From contig OZ076414.1 in assembly GCA_964187785.1 (NCBI GenBank), positions 42,222,001-42,286,000 of the forward strand: a DNA stretch of 64,000 nucleotides, given 5' to 3'. Each line of letters begins with the position of its first letter. Position 1 is the stretch's first letter. The notes under the pieces were generated by a model. It was given only the letters and a program-made list of their open reading frames with translations. It was not told where the DNA came from and searched no databases. This DNA comes from Amphiscolops sp. MND2022 (lineage: Eukaryota). Made by a program: the position numbers and the translations under genes. Below are positions 58,401 through 64,000 of this stretch, in pieces.

Positions 58401-59193
58401 AAGATCAGAAGAGAAAGTTTCTACGATAAACGCTCCGATCACACGATCCAGGACGAACAAACAATGCAATTTGTTTCCTTTGAGGATCGTTTTGAGATGC
58501 TGCTGTTTGGAGTGTATTTTGGAATGCTTCGATTGACTTCTGATACATTTGAAAACTTATGAGCATTCTGTTATAAGTTGGTTTCTTGCAATAATACTTT
58601 GAAGTGATTCCTTTAAAAAAGTAGTTTTGAGACATTGACAGTCATCGCTATGGCACATCGATGGGAGCTCAACACGGTCCCATCGATGGCCCATCGATGA
58701 AGAAGCGATGGTCTACCGATGGCCCATGGATAAGCTGCACTTGATTCCTATCTCAAGTTGGCACTTTCTGAGCTTCAAAATTATTGTTTCGACTAGCCAT
58801 GAGAAACATGCCTTGGAAAATTAGTAAGGAGCGTTGCATGCTGTTTTACCACTATAACAGTTCCTCGGTGCAAATCTTTCTTGAATTTAATATAGAAAAA
58901 CTTCGGTAAAATCGATACTTTAATGTCTTAACGATAATCTTTGGTGGCCTGTATTACCTCTCTATATAGCTTTTCAAACCGTCCAGTCGTGTAATTAAGG
59001 TTGACAGGTTCGTTTTTGCTCTTACCAAATACGCAGATGACATCATATTGGCAGTGTTGCTGTTGCGCATATACCATTTGTATGCGTCAGAAAAGTCCCC
59101 TGTGGCTGTAGCAGTTGTCGTAGTAGTCGAGGTTGGATCAAGAGAAGTCGCCTCCGATACGGATCTCACTGGGAGGTGTCCCAAATTCGACAT
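52413..59193 (-). CDS. Class-A (rhodopsin-like) GPCR, multi-exon host gene
   Basis: Exons 59193-59026 (Thr-rich N-terminus, |gtaaga), 55821-~55590 (TM1/TM2 IILNS...SLADLL), ~54850-54663 (TM3), 53985-53811 (DR|YIIVC, TM4), 53266-53087 (TM5 LFFVLP) and 52739-52413 (TM6 WAP, TM7 NPLIF). Resolved phases are consistent; ECL1 exon boundaries are unresolved. Confidence 0.8.
53676..53802. repeat. Almost pure A/T low-complexity (TAAT/ATAATT)n tract inside a GPCR intron
   Basis: Seen directly. Confidence 0.9.
58264..58398. repeat. Short composite direct repeat
   Basis: Two GACG(T/C)GAGTCCA(A)GAAGACTCAGCAGT units bracket 3-4 GAAGTTG(T/C)ATAGGAGAC units. Confidence 0.7.
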
Positions 59194-60489
59194 CTTTCAA
59201 ATTTATGGCTTTGTCAGAATTCCTTTGCGTTTGAATGTTTCAAAGTGAATACGGTTTGTACATGCTTTTGTTTCGCATTTGTATCGTAATTTCGATCCTG
59301 TATAGCCTCAAAATTCAAAAATGCAGAAGTGCAATAGCAGATGCTTTCAAAGTGATTAGGATATTTTGTTAATGTATTGATGGGATTTTTTATACGTTTA
59401 GTTTATATGTCTACAGCTTTTTAAAGCCCTTTTTTACAAATAGAGAGTTTCCAGAAACGCTATATTACATACGAGCCTACTCTTTGCAACAAAATTGGAT
59501 CCAAAACAACATTAATAGCTAAGCAAAACAAGTGAATTTATTCGACTGTTCTGATAGGCTAGTTTAGGACACCTGATGGAAAGTTGTCTCCCAGAGTTTC
59601 ATTCATGACGGAGCTGAAAAATCTTCTTTTCTGAACAGTAATATTCGTGAGAATAGTATCTCACTAGAATGAGTCGATTTTATTCTAACAGTAGTAGTTG
59701 AAATCTCTGAATCATAGAAGTGGAAAAAAATTTTAAAATAAGGACTCAGTCGTGATTTATTACAGTGATTTTGGTAACTTACAGTAACTTTTATCAAAAA
59801 TTTATCAAAATTCGTTGCTTTGAAATTTGGGCGATTTTAATAAAGAGAATGAATTTGAATGCAAAATTAATGTATTTATCATTAATTGTACCAAGATTCG
59901 ATAAATCGAAATATATCGGCTCAATTGTGAATATTCAATTTGGTGATGTAAAACAGAAAAGATTTTTGCAGCTGATTGAATGAAATCTATAAACTAGAAA
60001 GCCGCATGCAAATTTGATTCAATTGAGTCGACGCCAGTATTTTGGCGACAATTCTTCAAAAAAGAAACTTTAATTTCAGGTAGTCAATTAAGTATTGGGT
60101 CGTCTATTTAAGAAAAAAAACTTTAAGATTAGATAAAGAAAGAACAGAAGTTTCAATGCTTGAAATACATTCCAGAACTATATACGTTCTGGATACAAAT
60201 CTTTATGAAGATACCAGCAGGAATAATTGCCTACACAACTTGTCCACATCCAAAAATTAATTTATCATTATTTTTGCACTGTTTGGTAATTTTCAGATTC
60301 TAAATCCCGGTACGTTGAGATATCCCAAAAATGTTCATTCCATTCAAGACGTCATCAGAACCTTCGTAGAATTTCCTTTTGTTGACTCGGTATTCTTTTG
60401 CATGCCGTTCTGGAAAATATTCTGTCACTGAGTGTTCTTTTTATGAAGAACAAATCGGTAACGGGCAGCTCAAGTTAAAACAAGGCTAT

Positions 60490-60833
60490 ATCTAAGCTAT
60501 ATCTAAGGCTCAAAAAGCGCAAACTTTTTAAATTTGTAAAAGGGGGACCCTTTTGGCTTTTTGAAAATCCAGTTTGTTGCAAAACATCAAAAAATAAAGG
60601 GGACCTTTTGGAGACAAAAGAAAATTTCAAAAAAATTCAAAGGGGGGCCCTATAGTCTCGTCCAGTTTTGTGTCCTACGTTAAAAAGGGAGTAAATGGAA
60701 AAAGGGACCAATTGCACTAACTTAGATGCGTTTTCGTTTGCCGGCCCAGTAGTCTAGTAGTTCTGTAAAAAGTGTCCACTACACATACATTCTTTTATCT
60801 GACAAAAAAAAAACAAAAAAACATGCGCTGACT
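60490..60833 (-). repeat. Diverged copy of the Helentron-like family
   Basis: AAGGCTCAAAAA and GGGGGACCCTT motifs as in 41459-42089; ends GCGCTGACTAAAAA. Confidence 0.5.
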
Positions 60834-61708
60834 AAAAAACAAGTTTCTTAAATATGCAAAGCATGCTTTTGTTAAAATTTTATCAACTTTAAAGTGCCGG
60901 AAAATATCCGAAGAGATACTCATTCGAAAACCACTTTCGCCCCAACTGGAAACAACAAAAAACCTTTAATAAAAAATTATGTTAACGAAACTTTTCTCTC
61001 CGGAAAAAAGTCTCATGATGCCAAAAAAGGAGCCGTAAGCTCGCAAACCGCTTTTTAAGCTGAAAACATTTATGGAAATGAAGGTGGTACCCTTTGTTCA
61101 AATAAAATAACTTTCGAAAAAATTTCGCGCAGTGCCGAAAAACTTCCTATCAACTTTTTATAGAAAAATATCGTCATATGTTTTCAACAGAAGGAACGTG
61201 ATGATGTGACAACTGACTTTTTCAATAGAATTTCTTGATCCATAGATCCAACAGATCTATAGATCTATCATCACAACTGTTTGATAATGAATTATAACTT
61301 TGATTTTCGATGAATCTAATTGACACTTTATTTTATATAATTCTCGTCGTGAGTCCTGTCACGTGTGTTACATAAATCGACAACAGCAGAGAGCCTCCGA
61401 CTCAAAATAATGGCATTGTTCGGTTTCTGGAAGCGTTGCTTACAGAAAAACTACATGTTAGACAAAAATGTTCTTGACGTTTTCTTGTTCAGTTTCCTAA
61501 CCCGTCATTTGTTGTAGTTCCAGATTTAGGTGTCTCTTTTTCTGGATACAAGTATTGTTACCTCGAAAATTTACGGGATACTCCTGTTCCGTATGTTTTG
61601 CTTTTTCAGCGATTTCTGCTGGACGTTACATATCTTTCGTACTATGAGTGATCGATAAGTTAACTTCTCATTTTGCGTTCGTTTTCTTGTCTTGAAAGTT
61701 GTTTATTT

Positions 61709-62022
61709 GGTTCGAATCTCTCTCAACTCACCATTGTTGGGCCTTAAGCAAGTCTTTCATCCCTAGCTTAGTGGTATGGTCAGTGACAGAAAAAAACGCA
61801 TTTGGCGGCGAAAAGCAAAATTAAAAGAGCAACGGTGAGCAGTCAGACCTTTGTAACCGTGAGCAAGTCACTTTGAAACCGCAGCTTCAAATCCACCATT
61901 GCTTGACCATTTGGCTGCAAATATGGTACCATAGCTTGCTTTGGGGAGATAGTATCCGAAAGGGCGCGGACTTAGAAAAGCAGAGCTGCTTATTCGGCGT
62001 CCACCCCGCGGAATTGGGGAAA
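61709..62022 (+). mobile_element. SINE-like copy 2 (5'-truncated at the B box)
   Basis: Starts GGTTCGAATCT; colinear with 9054-9366. Confidence 0.7.
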
Positions 62023-62914
62023 TAAACTTTCTTCTATTTGATTCGTGTTTTTTTTTCAGAATGAATGTCTTCTGCCTTTTTCATGGGTTGTTTATGATGA
62101 TGTCATCTGACTACATTTCCTTTTCTAATCCTTGTAAAAGTTCTCCTTTTTGAACTGTTCCATATAATGGGCTGACGTGTATGTCAGGTTTTCCCGAAAT
62201 TCGGCGGTCATGTTTTCGAAGCTGTCAATTTGTTTATTTTTTATTTACAAACTTTCATTAAAGCTAATTGCGCGATATGTTTTTTTTCTCTCCTCTTGCG
62301 CTGTTTTTGTTGCGAGTTTTGTTGCAATTGGTTTTCAATGACCTTACTTCCGAGAAATGTGCTTAACATAAACCTTTTTTGGAATAGAATCTGTGTAATG
62401 GTCAGTCGTGTCGGAGTGGCAACTTTCAAAATGACTACCTCCAAAAACGTTTGTAAAGAAAAGTTTTTCTGACCTGATTTAGGTTTTGTAACTTTTTTCT
62501 ATGTTAGAAACTCGTGCGATTGGTGAGGAGTTGAACGGCTGCTTTTCACTGGCTTATGCCCGTTTTATGAGAAATTTGTCTGGAATTTCGGTTGCCGCTT
62601 GGTACTGTGTCTGCGATGAATGCCAACGCGGCTCTGCTTCACCTGTTGTCCTATGCTATGTCTCCAAAAACGTGATATGCGATGTTGGTGGCGTCGAATC
62701 CGAAGGTATTGGATTGTCCCAATAATCTGATGATACAGTTCCCGGTGTTAACGACATCTCCATAACAGCTTAGAGAGACTTTGAGCCCGATGTGTGCGCT
62801 TGCCTTCTCAGTCATATTTCCTTCTTTCAGTCAACTCGGGGTAATCCTGGCAAAGTGCGATTTTCCAATCCGTTCTATTGAATTTGTGCCGTCTAGGACT
62901 ACTCCTAGTCAGTT

Positions 62915-63218
62915 ACCGATGGCCGAATGAACAGTTCTGGTTTTCCAAGTTAGCGCCATTTTCCAGATGCTATGTCCCCATAGCAAGCTATGGTACCATA
63001 TTTGCAGCCGATTGGTCAAGCAATGGTCAGCTTGAAGCTGTGGTTTCAGAGCGACTTGCTCAAGCTCACAAAGGTCTGAATGCTCACCGTTGCTCTTTTT
63101 TAAATTTTGCTTTTCACCGCCGAATGAGTCATTTTTGTAATGGACATACTACAACGCTAGGGTTAAAAGACTTGCTCAAGGCCCAACAATGGTGAGTAGA
63201 AAGAGACGGGAATCTGAT
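62915..63218 (-). mobile_element. SINE-like copy 3
   Basis: Reverse complement is colinear with 9050-9345. Confidence 0.65.
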
Positions 63219-64000
63219 GTCTCCTCGGTGCAGGCATTACATTCTAATCATTAAGATAACATGAAAGCTGTTTTATGAAACGTTACTCGTGAATGGTAAG
63301 TTTTGTCTGATTTTGTGTATGTAACTTGTGAAGAGTTCGGGCAGAGTTTGTGCCATTGTCTTGACTAATTTGTCTGAAAAAAACTATTCAGTCTTTTGCG
63401 ATGTAATCCGTGCCTAAACGAGAAATACGTGACATGGGGTGGGCTCTTATCCGTGGTTAGAATTTTTCGATTCTTGGGTGTAAGAAAGTTCGACTCGCCT
63501 TGAACATGGTATCCCATTGACAACAGAAAAACTGGACGTCTAGTGCTGAAATTGCAGAGTGGTGCTCTTGCATGGGAAGCTACTGCACGAGTCGTGTAGG
63601 CACTACTTTGTTAGTAACGTCTAGCCAGCGATATTTATGGAACAACGTAGGAAGAGCGTTTGGGATACGGTTCCGGAACATTTGGTTTCGAGGCCAACAG
63701 CAAGGCTTCCTTTGCAGTGTCAGTGTTTATGAATGCTCTAATCTATCAGTTGTACAATACTAGAATCTCAAGGAGGGACCGCGTCTTCTTCTAATAGAAG
63801 AGTGGGAAAGCAAACCACGTCCGGCAAGTTTTCATTGAAGTCAAGCAGCCCAATAAATGATGTCGATATAATAAAAAAAACAGGAAAGTTTCAGAGGCGA
63901 CAATGACAAATTGCTGGATTATTGTACAGGCCCCAAAAACTCTTGCCCCAAGATGACGACTGACGTGATTCATAAAAGTGAGCAAAGGCTACGCTCAAAC

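Noticed and set aside
62050-64000. Possible decayed retroelement coding remnants outside the SINE copy
   Set aside because: Higher GC and short ORFs, but no RT, endonuclease or integrase motif could be read.

Overview
AT-rich animal genomic DNA dominated by transposable elements. The repeat and protein style suggests an acoel flatworm, but that is an unverified impression. The main feature is a 19,240-bp Ty3/Gypsy LTR retrotransposon (13065-32304) with 708/707-bp LTRs that are about 99% identical. It has a ~3.1-kb leader and one ancestral Gag-PR-RT-RNaseH-IN frame, now broken by about four small deletions. That frame appears to continue past integrase into two TARG1/OARD1-like macrodomains. 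A separate ~1,340-aa ORF follows in the env position, with a degenerate SGNH-esterase-like core and an unassigned helical domain. The window also holds a decayed but complete BEL/Pao element (43267-52035, 5-bp TSD) and what looks like the end of another large LTR-type element with accessory ORFs on both strands (1-5293). Smaller repeats include Helentron-like copies, a tRNA-headed SINE family, a SINE>MITE>MITE nest with 9-bp TSDs, and ~180-bp satellite arrays with a 544-bp higher-order period. Two spliced host genes are reconstructed: a class-A GPCR (- strand) and a putative pseudo-GTPase (+ strand); each appears to need a non-GT splice donor. All domain calls are by eye from motifs; no searches were run.
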